A stretch of 64,000 nucleotides of DNA from assembly GCA_003282205.1 (NCBI GenBank), contig QBZW01000001.1, positions 93,205 through 157,204 of the forward strand, given 5' to 3'. This document shows positions 49,922 through 60,361 of this stretch, one piece after another; position 1 is the first letter of the stretch, and every line of letters starts with the position of its first letter. The DNA comes from Pelagibacteraceae bacterium AG-337-G04. GTDB taxonomy: Bacteria > Pseudomonadota > Alphaproteobacteria > Pelagibacterales > Pelagibacteraceae. Made by a program: the position numbers and the translations under genes. The notes under the pieces were generated by a model. It ran no database searches and was not told where the DNA came from. It saw only the letters and a program-made list of their open reading frames with translations.

Positions 49922-50224
49922 TTAATTATTATTTTCTGGCAATTTAGGAGCATCATCTGCATTTTCATCTATTTTATCAATTACAGAAGTATTTGAAGGT
50001 AGATCTCCTCTTGAAATAATAGTTAATCCTAGACTACAAATTATGAATAATGTTGCAACTATAGCTGTTGCTTTAGTCATAAAATTTCCAGCCGACCTTG
50101 AAAACATAAAGTTATCTTGAGAAACTCCAATACCTAAGGCTCCACCTTCAGATTTTTGGAACAAAACCAGCAATACTAGAATTGCTGCTAATATTATATT
50201 TATAATTAATAGTATGTTTTCCAC
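49922..50224 (-). CDS. secG: Preprotein translocase subunit SecG
   Basis: VLFQKSEGGALG motif, two TM helices; between tpiA and pyrG. Confidence 0.95.
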   Translation of the reverse strand: MENILLIINIILAAILVLLVLFQKSEGGALGIGVSQDNFMFSRSAGNFMTKATAIVATLFIICSLGLTIISRGDLPSNTSVIDKIDENADDAPKLPENNN

Positions 50225-50229
50225 GACGC

Positions 50230-50976
50230 CTAATTAATTGATTTTTTCATTATATCAATAAATATTTTTTCATTAGTTGATGCTCCACCAATCAAAAAAC
50301 CATCAATATTATCGATTCTCAGTAAATTTTTTATATTTTTTGGGTTCACAGAGCCTCCATATAAAATCTTAGATTTTGTAAATTTTTTTGAAATCTTTAG
50401 GGTGTTTCTTATAAATTTAATATTATTTTTTAAATCATTTTCACCAGGAATAATGCCAGTACCAATCGACCAAACAGGTTCATAAGCAATTATAACCTTA
50501 CTTAAATTCTTTAAATTTTTTAAACCTTGAAGTAATTGTTTCTTTAAAACAGATTTTGTTTTATTTTTTTTTTTATCAATTAGTTTTTCACCAATACACA
50601 AAATAACGTTTAATTTTTCGTTTAATGCAGATTTAATCTTTAAATTAATTTTTTTGTTATCATTTTCTAATCGTGTTTCAGAATGTCCAATTATAACAAA
50701 TTTACCTCCTAAGTCTTTTATCATCTTTGAACTTATAGCTCCTGTAAAAGCTCCATACTTAGGTTGCACATGACAATCTTGAGCACCAATTTTAATATTT
50801 GAGCTTTTAGTTTTATCCACAAACGATTTAATCAATGTATAAGGTGGGCAATAAATAATCTTGGCTTTAAGTTTCTTTATTTTCGAATAACTTATTACTT
50901 TATTTAACGAATTTAAAGACTTGATTGACCCAAACATCTTCCAATTAGCAACGAAATAAATATTATTATTTGTCAT
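50230..50976 (-). CDS. tpiA: Triosephosphate isomerase
   Basis: VANWKM, IGHSETR, AYEPVWSIGTG, YGGSV and LIGGAS motifs. Confidence 0.97.
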   Translation of the reverse strand: MTNNNIYFVANWKMFGSIKSLNSLNKVISYSKIKKLKAKIIYCPPYTLIKSFVDKTKSSNIKIGAQDCHVQPKYGAFTGAISSKMIKDLGGKFVIIGHSETRLENDNKKINLKIKSALNEKLNVILCIGEKLIDKKKNKTKSVLKKQLLQGLKNLKNLSKVIIAYEPVWSIGTGIIPGENDLKNNIKFIRNTLKISKKFTKSKILYGGSVNPKNIKNLLRIDNIDGFLIGGASTNEKIFIDIMKKSIN

Positions 50977-51037
50977 AAAGATTAATATAATTTATATGTT
51001 TATTTTTTTTTAGATCAATAAATAAAGACAATTAGAT

Positions 51038-52459
51038 ATGATCAGTAAATTAAGAAGTTTTTCAAATTCCAAGTTAGCTGGGCTACTTGTGGGCATTATT
51101 ATAATTCCATTTGTATTTTGGGGAATGGGTAGTGTTTTTAGTGGTGGTAATACTAATAACGTCGCTAAAATTAATAATGAAACAATCTCATCAAAAGATT
51201 TTACAAATTTTATAAACGAGTCAGGACTTACAAGTGACGTAATAAAAGCAAACATAGATAAAAATATTATTGAACAAATTTTATCTGACTTAATATCTGA
51301 AAAACTAATTGAAATGGAAATCAAAGAGCTAAATGTGTCAATTTCTGAAGAAACGTTAGCAAATAAAATAAGATCTAATTCTATCTTACTTGATGATAAT
51401 AAAAAATTTTCAAGAATGAAGTATGAAAAATTTCTATTAGAAAATAACTTAAGCGCTACAGCCTTTGAAAGCTCATTAAAAAGACAGGAATTGAAAGAAA
51501 ACTTATTCAATTATATTAGTGGAGGTATAAAGTCACCTTATTTTTTAAAAAATAAAATATATATCAATGAAAATAAAAGAATTGAGATTGAATTTTTAGA
51601 TTTAGATTTAGTTCATGATAAAAGTGCAACAAGTTTAGAGATTGAGGACTTTATTAAAGATAATCAAGAAAATTTAAAAATTGATTTTATTGATGTAACC
51701 TATGCAAAAATAACTCCTAAAGAGCTAGTTGAAATAGATGAATTTAATGATGAGTTTTTTAAGAAAATTGATGAAATGGAGAATAATATTTTAAATGGAT
51801 CAAATTTAAGAGAAATTAATGAAATTTATAATTTAAAAATTAATGAAGTAAATAATTTTGTATTGGATGATAATTCTGATGAAATACTTAAAGAAATTTA
51901 CTTAAGAAGAAATCAAGATAAAATACAGCTAGTTGATAAGAATGATTACTATCTAATCTTTGAGATATCAAATATTATAAAAAAAATTCCAAACAAAACA
52001 AATCTAAAATTTTTAGAAAATGTTAAAAATAATGTCATTCTAAAAAAGAAATTTGAATTTAATAAAGGTCTTTTCGAAAAAATAGATGGAAAATCATTTA
52101 ATGATGAAGAATTTATGAAATTATCAAAGGACATAAATAACATTGAGACTATAACTGTTAAAAGCCTTAATGATAATGAAGTTTTTGATCCAGATTCTTT
52201 AAATCTTTTATACTCATTACCAATTAAAAGTTACTCACTAGTTACAGGACAGAAAAATAAAGTTTTCCTCACAAAAATTAAGAACATTTATTATTCAGAT
52301 ATGAATAAAAACACTGATATTATTAAAGAATATTCTATTAAAGCTAACAACGATATAATTAATGATATTTATACATCATATGATCTATCTTTAAATTCGA
52401 AATATAAAGTAAAAATTTTCAATCAAACTGTTGATAGAGTTAAAAATTATTTTAGATAA
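51038..52459 (+). CDS. ppiD: PpiD-like periplasmic chaperone (SurA N-terminal domain, degenerate rotamase)
   Basis: N-terminal TM with FVFWG, VAKINNETIS; conserved tpiA<>ppiD-trpE order. Confidence 0.8.
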   Translation: MISKLRSFSNSKLAGLLVGIIIIPFVFWGMGSVFSGGNTNNVAKINNETISSKDFTNFINESGLTSDVIKANIDKNIIEQILSDLISEKLIEMEIKELNVSISEETLANKIRSNSILLDDNKKFSRMKYEKFLLENNLSATAFESSLKRQELKENLFNYISGGIKSPYFLKNKIYINENKRIEIEFLDLDLVHDKSATSLEIEDFIKDNQENLKIDFIDVTYAKITPKELVEIDEFNDEFFKKIDEMENNILNGSNLREINEIYNLKINEVNNFVLDDNSDEILKEIYLRRNQDKIQLVDKNDYYLIFEISNIIKKIPNKTNLKFLENVKNNVILKKKFEFNKGLFEKIDGKSFNDEEFMKLSKDINNIETITVKSLNDNEVFDPDSLNLLYSLPIKSYSLVTGQKNKVFLTKIKNIYYSDMNKNTDIIKEYSIKANNDIINDIYTSYDLSLNSKYKVKIFNQTVDRVKNYFR

Positions 52460-53916
52460 TGTTGAATATCAATCTAAAATTATTCAAAAAAAATCACAAA
52501 AAAACTTTAAATCAAGTTCTTTACCATTCGATTAAATCGGATGGAAAAAGTGAAATAGAAAATTTAATTAATAATTTTTTAAACGTAAGAAATAGTTTTG
52601 TATTTGAATCTGTGGAAAAAGGTTTTATAAAAGGTAGATATACAATATTTGGTAAAAATCCTGATAAGATTTGGGAGTTTAATAATAATATTTGTGTTTT
52701 GAATTATGAAAATAAAAGAAAAAAGTTAAAAGGAACTCCAAAAGATAATATTGAGAAAATAATCGAAAATTTTAATTTTAAAATACCAAATGAATTACCA
52801 CCAATTAGCTCAATTTTATCAGGATATTTCTCCTATGATACAATAAGATATATTGAAAAAATTCCTAATAGCACAAAAAATGATCTAAAAATACCTGATG
52901 TAAGAATTTTGAGACCAAAAAATCTTATAGTTTTTGATAATGCTGAAAAAAAATTATTTTTTATAGTTAACTGTTTTTTTGATGAAAAAATAAAAAATTA
53001 TAATGAAAAATATGAACTAATACAAAAAGAAATAGAAGAAATGATTTTTTTAGCAAACTATAGTTGCAAGATAAATCTATCAAAAACTAGTATTTCTAAG
53101 CCAAAAATTAAATCAAATATCTCAAAGAAGAAATTCCTTAGCAATGTTTTAAAAGCAAAAAATTATATTAAAATAGGAGATATTTTTCAGGTTGTTCTAA
53201 GTCAAAGGTTTGAAACTGACCTTAATAAAGAGCCTTTAGATATTTATAAAAAATTGAGAATTACAAATCCTTCTCCTTTCATGTATTTTTTTAACTTTGA
53301 AGATTTTCAAATTATAGGTGCAAGTCCTGAAATACTTGTGAGGTTAAGAGATAACAAGATTACTATTAGACCTATAGCTGGCACAAGACCAAGAGGTAAA
53401 AATAAAAAAGAAGATAAATTTTATGAAAAGGATCTATTACAAGATAAAAAAGAGCTCTCTGAGCACTTAATGCTTCTTGATCTCGGTAGAAATGATACAG
53501 GAAAAGTTTCTAAAATTAACTCTGTCAAAGTTACTGAAAGTTTTAAGATAGAACGATATTCGCATGTAATGCATATAGTCTCTAATGTTGAAGGTGTGTT
53601 TAATAAAAAATTTGGTAAATTTGATACATTATTAGCTGGTTTTCCTGCTGGAACAGTTTCAGGTGCACCTAAAATAAGGGCTATGGAGATTATAGATGAA
53701 TTAGAGACAACAAGAAGAAAGGTTTATGCTGGAGGAATTGGTTATTTTTCTGCAAATGGTGATTTTGATACTTGCATCGCACTTAGAACAGCAATTTCAA
53801 AAAATAGAAGATTTTATGTACAGTCTGGAGCAGGAATTGTTGCAGATAGCAAACCAGTTAACGAATTTAACGAAACTGTAAACAAAGCAAAAGCTTTAAT
53901 AAAGGCTTTAGAATAA
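52459..53916 (+). CDS. trpE: Anthranilate synthase component I
   Basis: FESVE.G..GRY, GDIFQVVLSQ, NPSPFM, RPIAGT, EHLMLLDLGRND and PAGTVSGAPK motifs. Confidence 0.97.
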   Translation: MLNINLKLFKKNHKKTLNQVLYHSIKSDGKSEIENLINNFLNVRNSFVFESVEKGFIKGRYTIFGKNPDKIWEFNNNICVLNYENKRKKLKGTPKDNIEKIIENFNFKIPNELPPISSILSGYFSYDTIRYIEKIPNSTKNDLKIPDVRILRPKNLIVFDNAEKKLFFIVNCFFDEKIKNYNEKYELIQKEIEEMIFLANYSCKINLSKTSISKPKIKSNISKKKFLSNVLKAKNYIKIGDIFQVVLSQRFETDLNKEPLDIYKKLRITNPSPFMYFFNFEDFQIIGASPEILVRLRDNKITIRPIAGTRPRGKNKKEDKFYEKDLLQDKKELSEHLMLLDLGRNDTGKVSKINSVKVTESFKIERYSHVMHIVSNVEGVFNKKFGKFDTLLAGFPAGTVSGAPKIRAMEIIDELETTRRKVYAGGIGYFSANGDFDTCIALRTAISKNRRFYVQSGAGIVADSKPVNEFNETVNKAKALIKALE

Positions 53917-54485
53917 TGAAGATTAAAATAATTTTAATAGATAATTATGATAGTTTTACATTTAATTTATATCACTATCTTTCATCCTTTGCTAAAGTAG
54001 ATGTATTAAGAAACGATAAAGTAGACCATCATCACATTTTAAAAAAAAAATATAATAAGATAGTAATATCTCCTGGACCTGGTAATCCAAATCAATCAGG
54101 AAATTGTTTAAAGATTGTAAAAAATTTGTATAAAAAAATCCCAATTCTTGGTGTTTGCTTAGGTCATCAAATTATTGGTCAAATATTTGGTTCTAAAATT
54201 GTTCAAGCTAAAGAACTTGTGCATGGAAAAACAAGCAGTATAATAAATAAGAAAATTGGTATTTTAAATAATTTACCCAAAAGTTTCTCAGCTACCAGAT
54301 ATCATAGTTTAGTAATTGAAAGAAAATCTTTATCTAAAAATTTAAAAATTACATCTAGTACACCTGATGGGACAATCATGGGAATTATGCATAAGGTATA
54401 TAAGATTCATGGAGTTCAATTTCATCCTGAAAGTATCAAAACAAAATACGGGTTAAAAATTTTGGAGAACTTCGTAAAAGAGTAA
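53916..54485 (+). CDS. trpG: Anthranilate synthase component II (glutamine amidotransferase)
   Basis: IDNYDSFT, SPGPG, GVCLGHQ and QFHPES motifs. Confidence 0.97.
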   Translation: MKIKIILIDNYDSFTFNLYHYLSSFAKVDVLRNDKVDHHHILKKKYNKIVISPGPGNPNQSGNCLKIVKNLYKKIPILGVCLGHQIIGQIFGSKIVQAKELVHGKTSSIINKKIGILNNLPKSFSATRYHSLVIERKSLSKNLKITSSTPDGTIMGIMHKVYKIHGVQFHPESIKTKYGLKILENFVKE

Positions 54486-54487
54486 AT

Positions 54488-55480
54488 ATGGAAGAATTTT
54501 TAAATAAACTGAGAAATAAGACAAATTTAGATTTTAATGAAAGTAAAGAAGCATTTAAAATTCTAATGAGTGGTGAGGCAAATGAAAAACAAATTTACGA
54601 TTTTTTAACTTTGCTATCAGAAAAAGGTGAAGTTTCTGAAGAAATTGCTGGTGGAGTTTTTGTATTAAGAGAAAAATCAAAAAGAGTAAATGTTAGTGAT
54701 TGTATTGATACATGTGGAACAGGTGGTGATGGCATGAATACACTTAATATATCGACGGCTTCAGCTATTCTTTTAGCGAGTATGGGAACAAAAGTAGCTA
54801 AACATGGAAACAAAGCTGTTTCCTCAAAATGTGGGTCTGGTGATGTTTTAGAGGCTCTTAATATTAAAATTGATTTAGAGCCAAAAGATATTGAAAAAGA
54901 AATTAATACCAACAATTTTGGTTTTATGTTTGCACCAAATTATCATAGTGCAATGAGATTTGTAGGTCCTGTAAGAAAGAAAATTGGAAAAAGAACAATA
55001 TTTAATATGATTGGACCATTAAGTAGCCCTGCTTTAGTAAATCGTCAAGTAGTTGGAGTATTTGATGAAAAGCTTTTAAAAATATTTGCAAATGCTTTAA
55101 TGAATTTAGAAATAAAATTTGCATGGATTGTTAATAGTGAAGATGGTTTAGATGAGATTTCTCCTTATGCTAAAACAAAAGTTATTCAATTAAAAGATAA
55201 TAAAATTTCTGAAATTGTTATTGACCCCAAAGAATTAAATATTGGTGCAGATAAATTTGATAATCTTGTTGGTAATGACGCAAAATTTAACGCAGATAAA
55301 ATAATTAATATATTCAAAGGAGAAGATAATGATTTTTCTAAGGCTGTTTGTTTAAATGCTGCGGCAGGGTTAATAGTAAACGAAACTCATCAAAGTTTTG
55401 CTAATGCATATAAAAATGCAAGAGACCATATTTTATCTGGACAATCTTTAAATTATCTAAAGACAATTCAAAATGGCTGA
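54488..55480 (+). CDS. trpD: Anthranilate phosphoribosyltransferase
   Basis: DTCGTGGDG, KHGN..VSSKCGS.D, RTIFN..GPL and DGLDE motifs. Confidence 0.97.
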   Translation: MEEFLNKLRNKTNLDFNESKEAFKILMSGEANEKQIYDFLTLLSEKGEVSEEIAGGVFVLREKSKRVNVSDCIDTCGTGGDGMNTLNISTASAILLASMGTKVAKHGNKAVSSKCGSGDVLEALNIKIDLEPKDIEKEINTNNFGFMFAPNYHSAMRFVGPVRKKIGKRTIFNMIGPLSSPALVNRQVVGVFDEKLLKIFANALMNLEIKFAWIVNSEDGLDEISPYAKTKVIQLKDNKISEIVIDPKELNIGADKFDNLVGNDAKFNADKIINIFKGEDNDFSKAVCLNAAAGLIVNETHQSFANAYKNARDHILSGQSLNYLKTIQNG

Positions 55481-56276
55481 AAATATTCTACAAAAAATTA
55501 TAAATAATAGAATTAAAGAAATTGAAAAACAAAAATATCTTTTATCAAGCGAAATACTTCAAGATCAAATAAGTCAAAATGATATGTATGGAATTAAATA
55601 TTATGATTTTAAAAACAAAATTTCGAATAACATAAAAGATGGAAAAATATCTATCATTGGTGAGATAAAAAAAGCTAGTCCATCAGCTGGTGTTATTATT
55701 GAGAAATATTTTCCACAAGATATAGCTAAAATTTATAAAAGCAAAAATATTACATGTTTATCAGTATTAGCTGAGAAAGAGTATTTTTTAGGTGACATGA
55801 TGGATATTTCTTTTTGTAAACAACAATGTGATCTTCCAATTTTATGTAAAGATTTCTTTATCGATAAATATCAAGTTCTTTATGCTCGAAGCAAAGGAGC
55901 TGATGCAATATTAATTATCTTAGCCGGTGTAAGTGAAAGCCTTGCTAATGAGTTATATGAACAAGCATTGAAATTAAATATGTCAGTAATAGTTGAAGTA
56001 CATACCGTTGAGGAAGCTAAGAAAGCACTAAAATTCAAAGAAGCATTAATTGGTATAAATAATAGAAATTTAAAAACTTTAAAAACCGATATAAATACAA
56101 CTTACGATATTTATGATGTTTTAATTAATCATAAAGGACCGTTAATTTCAGAAAGTGGAATTAAAACAAAAAATGAACTCTTAGAATTGTCAAATAAAAC
56201 ATCTATTAAAACTTTTTTAATTGGTGAATCACTTTTGAAGGATCTAGATAATAATTCTATTTTTTCAGTTCTTTAG
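55473..56276 (+). CDS. trpC: Indole-3-glycerol phosphate synthase
   Basis: EIKKASPS, KDF, GADAIL, VEVH, GINNRNL, SESGI and LIGES motifs. Confidence 0.97.
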   Translation: MAENILQKIINNRIKEIEKQKYLLSSEILQDQISQNDMYGIKYYDFKNKISNNIKDGKISIIGEIKKASPSAGVIIEKYFPQDIAKIYKSKNITCLSVLAEKEYFLGDMMDISFCKQQCDLPILCKDFFIDKYQVLYARSKGADAILIILAGVSESLANELYEQALKLNMSVIVEVHTVEEAKKALKFKEALIGINNRNLKTLKTDINTTYDIYDVLINHKGPLISESGIKTKNELLELSNKTSIKTFLIGESLLKDLDNNSIFSVL

Positions 56277-56326
56277 TCGATTAATAATTGATTTTATTAG
56301 TTTTTTTTACTATTGTGAATTGTAGA

Positions 56327-56341
56327 GAACTTTTGTAGAAC
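56327..56341 (+). promoter_or_regulatory. Alphaproteobacterial SOS (LexA) box upstream of lexA
   Basis: Exact GAAC-N7-GAAC direct repeat (GAAC TTTTGTA GAAC) ending 24 nt before the lexA ATG. Confidence 0.88.
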
Positions 56342-56365
56342 ATATTTTGTACGATATTTGTTCTT

Positions 56366-57043
56366 ATGCTTACAAAAAAACAAAAAAATTTACTTTTATT
56401 TATCAACAAGAAGTTGAGAAGCTCTGGTGTATCTCCTTCTTACGAGGAGATGAAACAATCGCTTAATTTAAAATCTAAATCAGGAATTCACAGATTAATT
56501 AGTGCTTTAGAAGAAAGAGGTTTTATAAAAAGATTAGCACACAAAGCAAGAGCTTTGGAAGTGATCAAATTACCAGAAACAGCCTCAGCAAATGATATCT
56601 ACAATAGTTTTTCACCAAGTGTAATTAAAGGTGGATTAGATGAAGAACAAACTAATTCTAATGAAATCGAAGTGCCGGTTCTTGGAAAAATTGCTGCAGG
56701 AACTCCTGTAGAAGCAATTCAAAATGAAGTTTCAAGAATTCCTTTGCCACATAATTTAGAAAAAAATGGTGACTATTTTGGCTTAAAAGTTCAAGGTGAC
56801 TCAATGATTGAAGCTGGAATACACGAAGGTGATACTGTAATTATAAAAAGAGCTGATACTGCAGATAATGGTAAAATCGTAGTAGCTTTAATTGATGAAC
56901 ATGAAGCGATGCTGAAAAGGTTTCGTAAAAAAGGTAAAGTTGTAGCACTTGAAAGCGCAAATAGAAACTATGAAACTAAAATATTTGGCCCAGATAGAGT
57001 GAAAGTTCAGGGTGTTTTAGTATCTTTATATAGAAACTTTTAA
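56366..57043 (+). CDS. lexA: SOS repressor LexA
   Basis: [27 protein letters not shown] wHTH, IAAG cleavage site, GDSM serine, LKR lysine. Confidence 0.98.
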   Translation: MLTKKQKNLLLFINKKLRSSGVSPSYEEMKQSLNLKSKSGIHRLISALEERGFIKRLAHKARALEVIKLPETASANDIYNSFSPSVIKGGLDEEQTNSNEIEVPVLGKIAAGTPVEAIQNEVSRIPLPHNLEKNGDYFGLKVQGDSMIEAGIHEGDTVIIKRADTADNGKIVVALIDEHEAMLKRFRKKGKVVALESANRNYETKIFGPDRVKVQGVLVSLYRNF

Positions 57044-57062
57044 AAAAATAGTCTAAACATCA

Positions 57063-58460
57063 TTGATGTCAAAAGTAGCAACACGTTTTGCACCCTCTCC
57101 TACTGGTGCTCTTCACATTGGTGGAGTACGTACTGCTCTATTTAATTGGCTTTATTCAAAAAATCAAAAAGGGACTTTTCATTTAAGAATTGAAGATACA
57201 GATAAAGAAAGATCTAAAGAAGAACATAAAATTCAAATTATAAACTCTCTAAAATGGATGGGAATAAAGCATGATGGCGAAGAGTATATTCAATCAAAAA
57301 TGATTGGTGAACACGTAAAAATTGCAAAAAAGCTGTTAGCAAATGGTGACGCATATAAATGCTATTGTAGCTCAGAAGAAATTGAAGAACAAAAAAAAAG
57401 AGCTAAACAAAAAAAAATTCCTTATGTGTATAATCGAAAATGGCGTAATATTTCTGATGATCAAGCACCAAAGGATATAAAGCCAGTTATAAGATTTAAA
57501 AGTAAAATAGAAGGTACTTCTATAGTAAAAGACCTAGTTCAAGGAAATGTGGAGATTGAAAATAACACTATTGAGGATTTTGTTATTTTGAGAAATGATG
57601 AAACACCAACATATAATTTATCTGCCTCAGTTGATGATCATAATATGGAAATGACGCATATTATTAGAGGAGATGATCATAAAATTAATACTTTTAAACA
57701 AATACAGATATATGAAGCACTAGGATGGGATATTCCACAATTTGCTCATATACCCCTTATTCATACAATAGATGGTAAAAAACTATCAAAAAGAGACAAT
57801 TCTTCAACTTTAGATGATTACAAAAAAATTGGAATTCTGCCTGAGTCGCTTAGAAATTACCTTCTAAGGTTAGGATGGTCTTATAAAGATAAGGAAATTT
57901 TTAACCTTGATGACAGTATTAAACTTTTTAATCTAGAAGGAATAGGTAAATCACCTTCAAAGCTTGATATGAGTAGAATTCTTTCTATGAATGAATATTA
58001 CATTAAAAATATTGAAGAAAATATTTTGTACAAGAAGTTAAAAGAATATTGTGAGGTGTATAAAGATAAAATTATAGAAGAAAAAGAAAATACAATAAAG
58101 AGCTCATTAATATTTTTAAAAAATAAAGCAAAAACACTTGAAGATATATTTAATAACTCAAAATATATATTAAATGATGAAGTGACCTTTGATGACAATG
58201 ATAAAAAACTTGTAAACGACGAAGCAAAAAAAATAATACATTTATTTAAAGAAAAGATTTCTAAATTAGAAGTTTTTGATAGAGAAAATTTAGAACAAAT
58301 CATAAAAGGCTTAATAGAATTAAATAATACAAATTTTAAGGGCATTGGGCAGCCATTGCGAATAATGCTAACTGGATCTAAATTTGGTCCAGGAATATAT
58401 GATATAATATTATCTCTTGGAAAAAAAGAGGTAATAAGAAGATTAGGAAATATAAGATAA
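57063..58460 (+). CDS. gltX: Glutamyl-tRNA synthetase
   Basis: RFAPSPTG.LHIGG, LRIEDTD, IRGDDH and KLSKR motifs. Confidence 0.98.
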   Translation: MMSKVATRFAPSPTGALHIGGVRTALFNWLYSKNQKGTFHLRIEDTDKERSKEEHKIQIINSLKWMGIKHDGEEYIQSKMIGEHVKIAKKLLANGDAYKCYCSSEEIEEQKKRAKQKKIPYVYNRKWRNISDDQAPKDIKPVIRFKSKIEGTSIVKDLVQGNVEIENNTIEDFVILRNDETPTYNLSASVDDHNMEMTHIIRGDDHKINTFKQIQIYEALGWDIPQFAHIPLIHTIDGKKLSKRDNSSTLDDYKKIGILPESLRNYLLRLGWSYKDKEIFNLDDSIKLFNLEGIGKSPSKLDMSRILSMNEYYIKNIEENILYKKLKEYCEVYKDKIIEEKENTIKSSLIFLKNKAKTLEDIFNNSKYILNDEVTFDDNDKKLVNDEAKKIIHLFKEKISKLEVFDRENLEQIIKGLIELNNTNFKGIGQPLRIMLTGSKFGPGIYDIILSLGKKEVIRRLGNIR

Positions 58461-59573
58461 AATAATGTTTGATGCTTCCCCAGATGAAGAGCTAGGAGAA
58501 GTCAAAGTTTTAAGAGTTTTTTTTATTTCTTGTTTTTGTTTTGCTATTAAATCTGGTTTTTTAAGAAAATAGTAAACACTTTTAAATATTTCATCTGCGT
58601 TACATTCTGATTGTATCAGCTCAGGAATTACTTCTCTATTATTGATAATATTAATCATATTAGCAAATTTTATATTAAGTAAGAATTTTGCTAAATAAAA
58701 ATTCATAAAATTCATCTTATAAATAATTATCGATGGTACATTCATTTTACATACTTCTAACGAAACTGTTCCAGACTTTACTACCGCAAATATTGATTTC
58801 TTTAAAACAGCAGTTTTAATTTTATCATCATAGATAACCTCTAAATTTTGTATAGACTCTTTTAAAATATAACTCAATATAAGATCTTTATTTTTAACAG
58901 TTGCATGAAATATGAAATTATAATTAGGATCCTTAACATTCATTTTTTTTATAAAATTAATTAAAATTGGCATATGATTTTCGATTTCTGAAGTTCTGCT
59001 TCCAGGAAAAATTGATATAATATTTTTTTTATCCAAAAATTGGTCAATTTGGATATTTTCGTCAATTTTTTTATCCAACAAAGGATGACCTACAAATGTA
59101 TTAGTTAGTTTTTCTTTATCAAAGTATTCTTTTTCAAACTTAAAAAGTAATAAAATATGGTCTAAAAATTTCTTCATTTTCTTAACTCTACCTTCTCTCC
59201 AAGCCCAAACTTTAGGAGCAATAAAATGAATTATTTTTATTTTTGGATTTTTTTCCTTTACTTGTTTTGCTACTCTAAGTGTAAAATCAGGACTATCAAC
59301 ACTAAATAAAATATCTGGATCAAATTTCAAAACCTCATTAACAGTATCTTTTATTTTACGTTTTATTTTAAAAAAATTAAATAATACATCGGTAAAAGCA
59401 ATGTACGTTATATCTTTTTGGTCATAGATTGTCTTAATTCCTAATTTTTCTAAGTTTGTTCCACCAACGCTTAAGAATTCTAAATCAGCTCTTTTTATTT
59501 TAATTTGTGAAATTACTTCTGATGCTAATTTATCTCCCGAAGGTTCACCTGTAAGGACAAAAATTTTTTTCAT
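58443..59573 (-). CDS. lpxB: Lipid-A-disaccharide synthase
   Basis: GEPSGD, VDSPDF, PKVWAWR.GR, FVGHP, PGSR.SE and SGTVSLE motifs. Confidence 0.97.
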   Translation of the reverse strand: MKKIFVLTGEPSGDKLASEVISQIKIKRADLEFLSVGGTNLEKLGIKTIYDQKDITYIAFTDVLFNFFKIKRKIKDTVNEVLKFDPDILFSVDSPDFTLRVAKQVKEKNPKIKIIHFIAPKVWAWREGRVKKMKKFLDHILLLFKFEKEYFDKEKLTNTFVGHPLLDKKIDENIQIDQFLDKKNIISIFPGSRTSEIENHMPILINFIKKMNVKDPNYNFIFHATVKNKDLILSYILKESIQNLEVIYDDKIKTAVLKKSIFAVVKSGTVSLEVCKMNVPSIIIYKMNFMNFYLAKFLLNIKFANMINIINNREVIPELIQSECNADEIFKSVYYFLKKPDLIAKQKQEIKKTLKTLTSPSSSSGEASNIILSYIS

Positions 59574-60361
59574 ATAGCTATCAGAAAGAGTTTATTTTGA
59601 TTAGCGTATTTAATAGAGACTTTTTTATTTAATATAATATTTTGATTTGATTTAATCACTATTCCCTTAATTCCAACCTTATTACAATCTTTAAATGTAT
59701 CAATTCCTATTGTTGGTAAGTCAACCCTTAAATCTTGATTAACTTTAGGCAGTTTAATTAAAATTCCATTTTTTGTTTTGAATTTTGAGATAGAATTAAT
59801 CATTTCTTTTGTTCCTTTCCTTGTTTCGCGAGATACGACCTTGTTATCTCTTACAATTAATGCTTGTGTATGATTATATGAATTTATTTTTTTTAAAGTT
59901 TTAATTCCAGTATGTATTTCTTTATAATCCTGTTGAGAAGGTTTAACTTTAGTATAAACACCTTTCTTTAGTGTTAATTCTGGGTTGAAAGTATTTAATT
60001 TAATGACCTTTATATTGTTTTCTGATAAAATTTTAATCAGAGCTTTCAATATTGCTGCATCACCTAATTTTGCTGCTTTAACTATTCTTGGTATATAATA
60101 TAAACCTTTTAAGTCTAATTTTAATTTTGATATTCTGGGCTTAGTTATATTACCAGCAAATATAACCTTCTTACATTTTTTTGATTTTATTAGTTTTAGT
60201 ATCTCACCAAATTTTCCGATATTAATGAAAGAACTATACTTATTCTTTTTAAATTTGTTATTTTTTGTAAGATCTACAATAAAATAATTTATCCTTTTTT
60301 TTTCAACTTTTTTAATTATTTCATTTGGTAAATCCTTTTCTCCTAAAAAAAGTCCTATCAT
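59570..60361 (-). CDS. lpxI: UDP-2,3-diacylglucosamine pyrophosphatase LpxI
   Basis: Position between lpxA and lpxB; GDAAIL and QDLRVDLPTIG..T motifs. Confidence 0.88.
   Translation of the reverse strand: MIGLFLGEKDLPNEIIKKVEKKRINYFIVDLTKNNKFKKNKYSSFINIGKFGEILKLIKSKKCKKVIFAGNITKPRISKLKLDLKGLYYIPRIVKAAKLGDAAILKALIKILSENNIKVIKLNTFNPELTLKKGVYTKVKPSQQDYKEIHTGIKTLKKINSYNHTQALIVRDNKVVSRETRKGTKEMINSISKFKTKNGILIKLPKVNQDLRVDLPTIGIDTFKDCNKVGIKGIVIKSNQNIILNKKVSIKYANQNKLFLIAI

Noticed and set aside
51010-51510. 166-aa antisense ORF opposite ppiD
   Set aside because: Low-complexity F/S/L/I composition typical of antisense frames in AT-rich genes; no recognisable motif.
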